Source: Xylographa opegraphella (Eukaryota). Taken from it: a DNA stretch of 64,000 nucleotides. Shown one piece after another: positions 21,804 through 35,320 of the stretch; the first letter of the stretch is position 1; each line of letters starts with the position of its first letter. Both the position numbers and the translations under genes were made by a program. The notes under the pieces are model-generated. The model searched no databases and was not told the DNA's origin. It worked only from the letters and a program-made list of their open reading frames with translations. Location: NCBI GenBank assembly GCA_022813865.1, contig JALDZX010000021.1:186001-250000 (forward strand), given 5' to 3'.

Positions 21804-23360
21804 ATGGGGGTGGGGGAAGTGTCGCGGCGCGCCGGTGCAGACCTTTGGCTTGGAATGTCCATCAAAAGCCTTTGTTTGGTGACCGTGAGTGTATCAGAAC
21901 TCTCATTCGAGCCAAAGAGGCATACTGACACCAATGCAGCTCACGATTCAAAATTCTGCCCTCATTTTGGTATGACGCTTCTCAACCCAGTCACCCCCCG
22001 AGGAACACTGTTCTTTGACGGCATCGCCACTGACAATCATGTCAGATTCTATATTACTCTCGGACTATGCCTCTGGCAAGCACAGGGAGTTCACAAAGAT
22101 ACTTCACGTCCACTGCGGTTTTCCTGAACGAAGTTCTCAAGCTCGGGGTTAGCCTCACAGCAGCACTCTATGAGATATCGCAAACTATCTCGCCTTCTAT
22201 GCCCGCCACATCACTTTTCAGTACACTCGCCAGCAATGTCTTTACGGGAGATAGTTGGAAGCTTGCAATACCTGCAAGTCTGTACACTCTACAAAATACA
22301 CTCCAATACATTGCCATCTCGAACCTTGATGCAGCCACATTACAGGTAACCTATCAGCTGAAGGTGTTTCCAATTGCAATCTTCAGCGTTCTGTTGTTGA
22401 AGAGAACTCTTTCAGGGCGCAAGTGGATAGCCCTCGGACTTTTAATGCTTGGTGTCGCCATTGTTCAAATACCTGCGGCATCGTCCACAAGCCTGTATCC
22501 TCTCAAGGAAGCTCACACAAGACTCTACATTCCGCGGGCCGTAGATGACCTACGCAGTCTAGGGAAAGCGGCCACGAGACCGATCTATAAACGTTCAGCC
22601 ACGTATGAGGGTATCGAGGAGGATATGCTTTTGGAGCATCCGAACGCGAATACACCACTCGGGTTGGCTGCTGCGATCGCTGCGTGTACAGTTTCGGCAC
22701 TTGCGTCTGTATACTTTGAGAAAATATTGAAAGAGTCGCATACTCCAACTTCAGTCTGGGTTCGCAACGTTCAACTATCATTCTATTCCTTGTTCCCGGC
22801 TTTTTTTATAGGCGTCATATTTGTTGATGGAGAATCGATCTCTAAAAGCGGCTTTTTCATCGGATACAACTGGGTTGTATGGATAACAATCGCATGCCAG
22901 GCGCTTGGGGGCATACTCGTGGCATTATGTGTTCATTATGCAAATAACATCGCCAAGACTTTTGCGACTAGCATTAGCATTCTCATCAGTCTTTGCGTTA
23001 GCGTTTTACTTTTTGACTTCACTCTCACACCTCACGTATGTTCTGCTTCATCTTGCTGGAAGGAAGCGTCTGGACTAACGTTGGTAGTTCCTGATCGGAG
23101 TTTTGGTTGTCATGTATTCGACCTACCTATACAATTCGCATGAGCAATCCCGACGCCCGCCTCCAATCCAGATTCACGATTTCGAGAAGACAACGATTGA
23201 CTCTGGGTCTGCCAGGCAGCGAGATTTCACTTTAACCATACCGACAACGCCACTGAAGAATGAGGGTCTTTCAACTTCGAGACCAAATTCTCCTTTGGTT
23301 CATCATAACAGAGCTGCGTCCTCCAGAGGATACTTTGCAGCGAAACATCGCGACGAATAG
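21804..23360 (+). CDS. Golgi UDP-galactose / nucleotide-sugar transporter (SLC35A, Gms1/UgtA-like)
   Basis: SIKSLCLVT|LTIQNSALIL|ILYYSR...YFTSTAVFLNEVLKL...SWKLAIPASLYTLQNTLQYIAISNLDAAT.QVTYQLK...SVYFEKILK...WVRNVQLSFYS...NIAKTFATSISI. Three introns. Confidence 0.92.
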
Positions 23361-24091
23361 CGCGTCAATGATCTCACGCTTAGGATAGTGACTATTGCAC
23401 GAGAGAAACAAGGAATTTCATTGCATGCTGCGGTAGAGGACTGGTTCTGCAGGATGCAGCTCTATGGGGCGGTATGGGAACCATGCCAACATTATGGATG
23501 GCTGGGATATACGAGGCCTACGTGTATCGTGGGTCACGGTTTATGAGAGCATGTACAGGCCGCCATCGGGAAGACTATTTTCTCAGTGCGGTAATATCTG
23601 GATACGAAAACGGTGGAGCGGGCATTGGACGGTGTTATCCAGAAATCACTTGAGATATTCTATGGGTACTAGATACCGGTTGTGTATATGTATCAGTACT
23701 GTGTAAGGACTATTGTATGGCTAGCAATTCTTGAATGATAACGGGGTTTTTGTCTGACATGATCGTTGGGACGCCCTCGATCAAGGAAACAGTATTCTAA
23801 GATCATTCTTTCAACCGATATATGCGTGACATAAACTTTTATGATAAATCTTAGTCTGCCGCAGTCCCCAACCAAGTCAGAGAGCTTGAAAATTTTAAGC
23901 GAGAGAATAGTCCTACCGTATCTTTGGATTATCCTCTAACTTTGTCTCTCAGCTTCTATCATCATAAGCGGACTTGATTTCTGTTTCTCCTTTCTCCTTC
24001 TTCATGTAAAACAAGCTCTTCAATATTCTCTTATCTCCTTTAGTCTCCAGTGTTCTATTTCCAGTTCCTATCCTGTATCAACCTTAGCAAC

Positions 24092-27000
24092 ATGGATCCC
24101 GTTCAAGCCGTACTCGACTCTGAAGGTCGACCAGTAAACAGTGCCAGGTATGGCTCGCAACCTGCCTGGAAGCAGAGAGTCCCAGCAATACGTTACATGT
24201 CTCAAATGCCACCAAGACCACTCTTGGGGGGCTCTGCGTGCTATCAGCAGCCCAATTTCCAAGCTTTCCAGCCGAGCCACAAAATTCATGATGATAGTTG
24301 TCTGGATGACTATGGTCCACTATCACCAGTTTCAATGGAATTAAAAGGTGACTGATTCTCCATAGACCTCGCGCTGCTAGCGGAACCGCACCACGACCGT
24401 CAATGGCAAGCCGCCCACGGAATCAATCGGCTGTCCCTACCTGTCCGTCCGACAATGGCCACAGCCTATAGCAACACGCTCCATGATCCATTCACTGAGG
24501 ATAGCCCCTACTACGGGACTGCGTCAGCATTGGATTATTGTAAGGCCGTGCCATCGTCTGATGGAGTGGATCGGCTCATGGATTACAGCAAGTTCGTTCT
24601 TACAGAACTCACCACTATCCACTAGGAATCCCTCAGGTAGATCGTGGAAGCCATTTTCCCTTGGGCGTTATCTGATATCCTCGAAGGCATCCTTGATAAC
24701 TCTGTTCCTCGTATTTCTCATATCAGTTCTTCTCCTCCTCCCATTTCATCAAGTCCGTCCTACCAAGTCGGTAGGAGGAAGACCATTCCAAGGAATCAAA
24801 TTGCTCATCATAACGCCAATAAAGTTCCTTACATTCCCAATCAGCCTTCCTTCTTTGGCTCAAACCATGTCAAACCGCAACTTCATGGGACAGCGGTCAA
24901 TCGAGTTCCTCCAGTTGTTCAGGGCATTAGACTTGTATCGCCTAATGAGCTTCCAGATCGCTTCCGATCTATTTTTTCTTACCAAGTTTTCAATGCCGTG
25001 CAATCAAAGTGCTTCCAATCGATTTACAAGTCAAATGATAACCTCGTGCTGTCAGCACCGACTGGTAGCGGGAAGACTGTTGTCATGGAATTAGCCATTT
25101 GTCGTCTTGTATCAGAGCTCAGATCTGGTCAATTTAAGATTGTCTACATGGCACCAACAAAATCTCTATGTGCAGAACGGCAGGCAGATTGGCAAATCAA
25201 ATTCAAGCATTTAGACCTAGAATGTGCAGAGCTGACCGGAGATACCAATCAGGCGCAGCATCGAAACGTACAGAAAGCATCCATCATCATCACAACTCCT
25301 GAGAAGTGGGACAGTATGACAAGAAGATGGAAAGATCATATCAAACTAGTGCAGCTCGTGAAGTTATTCCTTATAGACGAAGTCCATATTCTCAAAGAAA
25401 GTCGAGGAGCCACTCTCGAAGCGGTTGTATCAAGAATGAAATCCGTTGGTTCAGACATACGCTTTGTTGCTCTCAGTGCTACTGTGCCCAACTTCGAAGA
25501 GGTTGCTATTTGGTTAGGCAAAGATCAGAATAACCAGGATCTTCCAGCGCAGTGTGAGAGATTCGGTGAAGAGTTCCGGCCAGTAAGACTACAGAAATTT
25601 GTTTATGGCTTACCGTTTAAGGGGAATGACTTCGCGTTTGACGCTGTTTGTGATAAAAAGTACGACCTCGTTCTGGATGTGAGCGTAGTCGACGCTAATA
25701 TGTCCAGATTGCCAGAAATTATTGAAAAGCATTCCAATCAAAAACCGATAATGGTATTTTGTTGTACCAGGAAGGCCACAATGATCACTGCAAAGGTTCT
25801 TGCGGAGTCTTGGGCTACCAAGGATCCACGTGATCGGGACTGGCCAGCGCCCTCCAGTATTCCCCCTGTCTTAGACTCAGAGCTGAAATGTGAGTGTCAT
25901 CTTTGGGAGTAATGCTTTCCGCAAGCTAACACATCCAGACACTTTGAATTCCGGTGTTGCGTTTCATCATGCTGGATTGGATGGTTACGACAGGCAGGCC
26001 GTTGAAAAAGGATTCTTGGAAGGGAGAGTGAGTGTTATCTGCTGTACATCCACTCTTGCGGTAGGAGTCAATCTGCCTTGCCACCTTGTCATCGTCAAGA
26101 ATACGGTGAGTTGGCAAGATGAGGGTCTAAAAGAATACGCAGACCTTGAAATGATGCAGATGTTAGGACGGGCAGGAAGGTTTGTATACTGCACACCTTT
26201 GATGACTTTCGCTCAAAAACATGTGTAGACCGCAGTTCGGTAGTACTGCAACTGCAGTGATCATCACGAAGCAGGAAAAGGTTGAAAAGTATGAAAAACT
26301 TGTCTCTGGTGCTGAAGTTCTGGAGAGCTGGTAAGTCGCTGAAGCCACACGAGAGATACGAAACTAAGATTGCTGGAGCTTGCATCTTAATCTTATCGAT
26401 CACCTGGTACGTTCGAGAATATCAGACCGCATGTGTATACTAACATATCAGAACGCCGAGATTGGTCTCGGTACCATCAACGACTTGTGTACCGCGAAGC
26501 GATGGCTGGCCGGAACCTTCCTCTACGTTCGACTAGGTCAGAATCCTAAACACTACAAGCTTGATGGCGATGTTGCAGAAAGAAGCCTTGATGAAAGGAT
26601 TGCGCAAATTTGCGACAGAGATATACGACTACTACAGGAAACGCAACTGGTCACCATGGGACAGAAATTGAAATCCACGGAATTCGGCAGCGCGATGGCC
26701 CGTTATTATGTCAAATTCGAGACAATGAGTGTATTCTTGAGCCTTCCACCAAGAGCAAAGATGTCAGAAATCGTAGGTACTTCGAAGTAACGCTTGGAGT
26801 ATGTGCTGAGTTCTGTAGCTTTCTGTTCTTGCCGAGGCAGAAGAATTTCACGAGGTCCGCTTCCGCAGCGGCGAGAAAAGTTTGTATAAGCATCTCAATT
26901 CTGCCGGTGGGATAAAGTTTCCAATCAAGGTTGATATTGCTATTGCTGCTCAGAAAAGATCAATCATCATACAAGCCGAGCTTGGAGGAGTGGAATACCC

Positions 27001-29362
27001 CACAGATGAGCAATATGGTAAACACAGGAAGCAGCATCAGCAGGACAAAGCCATTTTATTCACCCATGCACATCGACTGATACGTTGTATCATTGACTGC
27101 CAGATTCATTTACAGGACGGTCCTGCCACGAGGCACGCTTTGGAGCTTGCTCGAAGTCTTAGTGCAAAGGTGTGGGACAATAGTCCACTGCAAATGAAAC
27201 AAGTGCCATCTTTGGGGCCGGTTTCTGTTCGGAAGCTAGTCACAGCTGGTATCAATAGCCTCGAAACTTTGGAGGCTACTGAAGCTCATCGAATTAATAC
27301 GATCTTAAGTAAGCCGCCTGGATTCGGCGAAAAAATACTTGCTGTTCTCCAGAACTTCCCCAAACTAAGGGTTTCGGTAAAAATGATGGGAAAGGTATGC
27401 ACTTAGAGGTTGCAAGGCGAATAAATATTAATTTACTCAGGCTCTGAAAGCTGGAAAGCCACCGGTGGTGAAGATGAAAGCAGAAGTCGGGTTCATGAAC
27501 GAAAAGGCACCCTTCGCATTTGACAAGAAGCTTGTTTACATATGCTTTCTTGCAGAGAGGTCGGACGGACTCCTGCTAGATTTCCGAAGGATGAGGCAAG
27601 ACAGCACATGCATCTTGACAAGCATTTCTGACACTGCATCCCAGCGCAAAGCAGCTAGGCGGTGGTGAAGACGTCTTTCTTTCGGCTGAATTACAGAAAG
27701 AAGGTCAATACATTGTCTGCTATGTGATGTGTGACGAAATGGGTAAGATCTGTCAAAAGTGCATTTTGATAGCAGTCTTTACTGATCAATCCGAAGCTGG
27801 GACGCTCCGGTATGCCGAGCTCAAGCCTCAAATACCACCTTCGGCCTTCCCGTTCATCTCAACAACAAGCCCGACTACTGGTCTAAGGGTGTCAAGGGCT
27901 ACTCAAGATGTAGATGTGTCCAAAGGAGCCAAAGAGATCGTTACATCAACTGGCGACTATACAGCCCGTTTGGAACATGACGACGAGTTTCCGGATGATG
28001 ATATAGATGACCGAGATCTGATAGCTGCAGGTATGGCACAGTAGGGCGTTAATTATGCGATCAAGGCACTAAGCATCATGTAGCAAATGAGCTAGATTTC
28101 ACAGACGTGGATACTTTCGACTTCAAAAGGCAACAGGTCGCCACTACAGAATCAATCAAGGCTCCCAAGGATATACAAGAGCACGAATGGGAACCACAAC
28201 GTATAGAAAATGGAAAGTGGTCGTGTAACCACAAATGTAAGGATAAGTCAATGTAAGCTACCTAAAATGATTAAAGCTTCTGTGGACTAACCTTTTAAGG
28301 TGTAAACACCTGTGCTGTCGCGAAGGCTTAGACAAAGTACCTAAGGCTCCTAAGTGCGCGAAGCAATTCACGGATCCCAAAGCGACAGGCAATACTGTAT
28401 CAGTAGCGGCACCTAAGTGGTCTACGAATACAACGAGCAATGTTCCACTCAAAGCAGTTGGTAACAAGTCTAATCACTCTAGAATCGAGGTACTTGATCT
28501 TGCAAGTAAAGGACAGGTGGAGGAACGATTAGATCATGGTAGACGAGGCAGCACAGACTTGTACAGGCTGTACAGCAGCACTTCGAAGAGGTCACCACAA
28601 CTTCCGTGCATATCAGACAACCTACAAGCGGAGACTCTAAACGAAAAGCAACTACAGCAACCTCTTGCGAGCACCACTGACGTTGGAAACAGTTTTCGCG
28701 ATGAAACGCCTGATGACTTTGAAGCAAGTTGGATGGAGGATCTCCCTTCTCCATCTGCAACTGCGAGTGAACTCAAGAGAGAGCCGTACAAGCCCCGGCA
28801 AGAAATAATTCATGGACGAAGAGAGCAGGGTGGAGAAAACTGTTCACTACCTAGCACTGGCTTGCAGTGTCATGAGAAGTACAGTCAAGTTAACAATTCA
28901 AAAGATCCGCTGTTCGCGAGCAATAGCTATGGAGATCAAGAAGAGAACATGAATTATCACGGACCAGACCATGGGACATCGTTGTATAGCGCAACCCAGC
29001 ACCTCGATCACTTTAGCAATCCTACTCAGCCGAAGGAGATGTCTGTTAGCAAAGAACGCGGAACGGAAGCTGGGCATCAACACTTGTTTCTTCCTACTAG
29101 TAGTCCAGCAAAAATGCCTATCGTTTTCGAAGATCCGGATAAATTAGTACAGGAGGCCAAGGACACTTCGATGGAACCACCCCGTAAGCGACAACGCCTT
29201 GACGACCACGACATGTCTCAGCAACTACTAGACCGATTTTTACATGACAAGAGCCATACTGAACGCCTGGAGAAGCTTCGCAAACGCCTCCCTTGGGATG
29301 ATATCGAGGGCATAGACCTTGAGTTTTTCCTCGACTATGCGGATTTTGTGGATTTTGTGTAA
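24092..29362 (+). CDS. MER3: Meiotic ATP-dependent DNA helicase Mer3/HFM1 (Ski2-like SF2 helicase + Sec63 + C-terminal Zn finger), many exons
   Basis: FNAVQSKCF, SAPTGSGKT, YMAPTKSLC, TTPEKWDSMTRRWKD, LIDEVH, ALSATVPN, FGEEFRPVRL, GVAFHHAGL, CTSTLAVGVNLPCHLV and MQMLGRAGR|PQF. Sec63 region, then WSCNHKCKDKSM|CKHLCCREG. Splicing of the 5' exons is uncertain. Confidence 0.93.
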
Positions 29363-30026
29363 GTATATGACCACGTTTTCTACATCTGCTACGGGCTTTT
29401 CGGATCGTTCATCTCGTGATTTGTTTTCCGATGTACTTCCAGCTCCGATTTCATAGCTACTCAATAGTGTCAAACATCGATGCTCTTGCCTTACGCTTTC
29501 GTTCAAACTTACCGGCAGGGCGCCTAATCCAATGCAGAAACCGTGAAATCAAGGTACTTTCTGACTCACTGTCATCACTTAGTAGCTGCATGTCGAGTGG
29601 GAACTGCTAGAACCAGCTAAGTCATTGAGCCCAACACTACCCCAGACTATGCATCCATCTGGGTTCCGCTGTTCACGCGGCCTTCTGACTGTTGGATGAC
29701 CACAGCCCATCTTTCTGAAAAGATTGTTAAGATACCACCCAGCACTGGAGAAGCTATTTCACTCTCTTGGGTATTGTGTTCAAATTTGCACTTAAATGTC
29801 GTGCGTGAGCAAAGAATGAACTCTTGGGGACGCGTTTGTAGGGCATTTATGGCCGGGTGGCCGCCGGACGCCCCTTCCTCTATCCTTCGGCAAGCCCTGC
29901 ATGTCTCGTTAAGCGAATCAGGTTTCTGTTGAGTGATTTCACATTCATTAACACGCTTTGCTTGCATATCACTCCAATCGACATTCGGAGAACTATCGAG
30001 ACTTGACCTACACAATCCACGTCACG

Positions 30027-32062
30027 ATGGTAAAGTTTCATTATGTAAATGTGAGTGTAGCTTTATTATCTTAGATAGCATGTATAGCAGAGTGAGTAGA
30101 GCTAACCCGTGGCATTCCAGCGCAAGTCGGAGGGGCTGAAGCTCGGACAAGTGGTTGGGAAGGACTTGGTATGCGATCATTGTTTGCGAACACATGCTCG
30201 AGCAAGCTGAGTCCAGCACAGTTGAAGCGTATCCCGCCCGGCCCTAATTACAAAGCTGCAATACGGGACCCAGCCGTGGACATCGATGTATCTGGAAAGG
30301 CTCTATCGGATGAGGGTCTCCAAGAGATCGCCAAGGCTCTGGTCAAATCCATGACTTACGAGGGCGAGCACGGCAGGGTCGTCAGACTGGAAGAGGTATG
30401 CCTCAAAGTGAACAGATTAACGGCAAAATGCCTGAGATCTCTAGCTGGCGTGATTGCTCTTGCAACAAGTGACCTGCGAGACTTGGACCTCTCGGACAAT
30501 TCCATCTGTATAACCACAGATCAGCAAGCGGCCGATTGGGAAGAGTTTTTAGAGTCGTTTTCGAGATGCTGCGCTCTACGGCGGATTGATCTGAGTGGTA
30601 ATGCCTTAGGACGAAGAGCGTTCGAGGTCCTAGCAAGAGTCTATGGGAAGTCGGAACCGATAGATGAGTTATTCACTTTCGACAGGACAGACCTGCACCT
30701 GGTTTCGCAGACTGGCAGCGCAGATTATGAAATTGGCGATGGTAGTCTTATGCAGAGGTCTCGAAGAACGAGTATTGTCCCCGACGACTGCAGCGTATTA
30801 CCAAAGCTAGCCCAGCATGGTCATGATAAGTCTTCAGAAGGTCTGTTCGATCGAGTACTCCTGGAAGCACAGGTGTTGACTGTCTGAGGTTAGAATTGGA
30901 GTCTATGGTCCACGACTCTCCCAAAAGCTCTTCTGCCGTTGTGATTCCATGCCAGCTATACGCAAAGACTCGAGGTCTACGGTCCATACCATATCTGGTC
31001 TTGGCAAACACTACCATGGATGATAATTGTGCGCTACATCTTTCCTATATCGTCGAAAACCACAACAGTGCACATCACCTAGTTCGTTACGTGCCTCCAG
31101 CTAAGGCAGGACCACCTGCTCAGCAACTAGAAGCCTATGACCAGATACAAGGGTGTGATGGGATCATCTATAGGCCAAACACTGCTCTTGGCAGTGCCGG
31201 AAGTAAAGTCCTCGAACTAGCCGAGCTAGCTCGAAAAGGGACTTCGGAGGAAATTATAATACAGGCGAATTCTCTGGAAGTGGACGTATCAGGTAGCCCG
31301 CTTGCTCCCTGCCGACGAGGCTCAGATGCACGAGTCAGTCAACCTCCACTGACACTGTTCAACCGCCGAAAGAGTGTGGTATCTACAGATACTGGCGAGC
31401 AGAGCAATCATGTCCCTGCACGCACGGGTGAGCTCCATAGGGCCAGAAGTCGCATCGAGGGGGATGTCCTGCGAGACATCGGGTCTCAGAGCAACGATCT
31501 GTGGCGGTTGTCTTTGAAGATACTCTCGGTCTCTCGAATATTGTTGCTTGAGCCGAGGAAACCATGTGAGATAGTCGGTACAGGCAAGACTCGAAAAGCA
31601 GAGCGGAAGCCCCTGTTACCTAATCCTAGTCCCGCGATGAAAACAGCCTTTCCAAGACTTCCGTTATCAACACCACTTGCTCCTGGCAATCCTAATCAGC
31701 CGATAATCGTCAAGCTACCGCATCGAAGGAAAGATAGTCTCGAGCATTCGGATCTGAAAATGACGCGTGCTGTGTCTCGGACAGAGACTCCACCAGCCAT
31801 AGCACAGACCCCCACAAACGACAATGGCTACCGGTCTTCCTTGCCGGGGGGTTTAGATGAAAGGCTATGGACCCGGATCATCTCTTTGGCTTGCGGCTGC
31901 TCTGGTATACTGAACGCAGAACAGGCCTTGGCCGTGGTCAGGTGGGCGCGAGATCGCGCCAGTCTACAGCGGGAGATGGAAGCGTTGGGTAAGGCCGAAA
32001 GTGCTCAGGTGTGGAGGGTGTTGGAGGGTATGGGATGCTTGGCGTACGCGATCGGTGCGTAG
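30027..32062 (+). CDS. Fungal leucine-rich repeat (RNI-like) protein
   Basis: Inferred exons MVKFHYVN|RKSEGLKLGQVVGKDL|LKRIPPGP...IDVSGKALSDEGLQEI. LRR motifs LEEVCLKVNRL, LRDLDLSDNSI and LRRIDLSGNAL. Large last exon 30896-32062. Confidence 0.75.
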
Positions 32063-32515
32063 TTTGCAAGGACGAGCGGACTCCAATGAGGCCGAATGAA
32101 GGCGTTTGCGAGAGACAGGCGTGCGGGAAATCGGGTGCCGTCGAGGCATAGATAAGCATGAGGTATGGGAGGTACACTTTCAGCCAAGTCTGCAAAGTCC
32201 TTTCATGGGGATGTCTGGCCGAGCATATAGGACGGAACTGGCGTTGAAAGAGATCTCCCTCCATCTTGCGACAGTTGTGATATATCATGCGCTGAGTATG
32301 AATAAGGCGTATGATAACCCATTGACGGCACCATCGATGACGCCTTGACGCCTCGACGCCACGGCTACTCCAAACCTTCGATCCGAACTGCTTATCCGGA
32401 GTCCACCTTCTCCGCAGACCATTCTCACCAGCGCCGCTCCTACACATTCCCGCCTTCCTACCCACAATGTATCCCTCCCCTCACGCCCAAACCCCAAACC
32501 CCCCCCTCAAACCAA

Positions 32516-33410
<895 letters not shown>

Positions 33411-34191
33411 CTATCTACAGCTGGTTCTTAGATGTGTAGACAAAACAACACCATCCAGGAGAATTTCATCGACGGCGACGTCATTGGTAATCCACTCAAC
33501 ATTTCATTTAAGGTACCACAAGCCACGAGCAACTCTTCAGTATTTAGACCGAGAGACACACAAGAGTGGCAAGTCGATGAAGCATCAAACTCTTAACTAT
33601 GCTCTTCCGAATTACGATGCCACTCTCGACTACTACCAATCTTCTCCAAACCATCAGGCCAGCTGACGAGGTGATGAAAAAAGGGTTTTGGTTCGCATCA
33701 ACTGACGGCAGTGTAAGATCAGTGACACTGTGCGACCGAGCATGTGCAAGCACAGAGGCCCAGAAGCGAAGTACAAAAATAAATTTAATCAATAATTACT
33801 TCCGTAGAAGTATTTCAGAGATTAAACTGAAAAGAACAGATACTACACTTGATCTAAGCCAAAAGGCAAAGAGAGCTAAAGAGAAAAGAAGCGGAGGGAG
33901 GGAGGGAAGTGGTGGGTTGATATATTCGGTGGGACGGCGCTAGCATGGCCGGGTAAACGGTTGTGGTTACTACTTTGGGCCGTGGAACTTTTCGAGTGCT
34001 TGTGGTGGGGCCCACACTACTAGCACTGCTACCTCAGGTAGCCTCGATGGACTTTGCACAAGACAACGCTGACAGCAGCTCAGGCGTATCTTCGAATATG
34101 CATTAAGTGCTGGTGTCTTTGCGAAGGATCGATAAGCTGTAGTCATGCAATCTTCGATTGCCGGATCTGGGATCTAGGCCAGCTCAACATA

Positions 34192-34821
34192 ATGTCGTCA
34201 ACCAGCCGTCGTCCGGTCTCTACAGTGCCCAAACCCCCGTCTTCGTTGTCTCCAACCTGCATTATTGCTGAAACCGCGTCTCTGACCGGCACGCACCTCG
34301 TCACAGTCTCAGCCAATGCTGTTCTCCAGCCCCGCGCTAAGATCATAGCTACATACGCTCCTGTAGTCATCGGCGATGGCTGCATCGTATGCGAAAGAGC
34401 GAGCGTGGGTCTGCTGAAAGCTGAGAGTGAAGAAGAAGAAGAGTCTGGCATCGGTGTGATACTTGAGAAGAATGTGATAGTTGAAGCTGGTGCGGTCGTT
34501 GAGGCCAAGTTTGTTGGTGAAGGCACTACTATCGAGCTCGGAGCAAGAATCGGCAAAGGAGCCATCCTAGGCAAGGTTGGTATCGCACTACATTTCCTGG
34601 ATGTATCTACGCTGAGTGTGAGGCCATAGCATTGCAAGGTCACGCCGCTGTCTGTTATTGCTCCTGGTGAGAACTTGCCAGACTTCACAGTGGCTTATGG
34701 TTTGTCTGAGCGCCGCATGGAGAAGCCTGGTTTGGAGATACTGAGAGAGAAGGCACATGAGAAGCATATCGAAGTGCTGAGACGACTTGTGCCGACCAAT
34801 CTTGCGAAATGGCAGCCCTAA
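34192..34821 (+). CDS. Dynactin subunit 6 (p27), hexapeptide-repeat beta-helix
   Basis: CIIAETASLTGTHLVTVSANAVLQPRAKI...PVVIGDGCIVCER...VIVEAGAVVEAKFVGEGTTIELGARIGKGAILGK, intron about 34576-34629, then HCKVTPLSVIAPGENLPDFTVAYG...LRRLVPTNLAKWQP*. Confidence 0.82.
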
Positions 34822-35320
34822 TTGGGTCTTTCATTCCTGGTCTCCCTGCGTCAACATCGGACTCTGCACTTGGGAAATTCGAATTTTTCTGAAGAACGAT
34901 GGATGGTACAGACAAGCTTTTCGTTGGTGGGAGAGATGTCCAACCATACGAAGAGTGTACTGTCTTCTACTTATATTGACTTGCAGAGGATTAACTACTG
35001 GTGTGAAACGGGCATCATCAGATTGAACATATGAACGGGTAGGGACGCCGCCTGAGACAGCCATCAGATTATTTTCTGCCCTTTCTACTCACCCGGAATT
35101 TCTCAACTACTCACGGAACTCTGCCAAGCCATACAATGGGCAAGAAACTCCGGCCGGCATACCTATACAACGCTCACCACCCCTCTACGGTAGAAATGTG
35201 TTGGAATATCATGACGTTGGAGTGAGGGCATCTCACTCGAGTAATCAAGTCTAAGTTGAAATGGAGGCGACGCAATTCCATGCCGAGAGCAACCTATCCA
35301 GCATTTTGATTTGATATATA

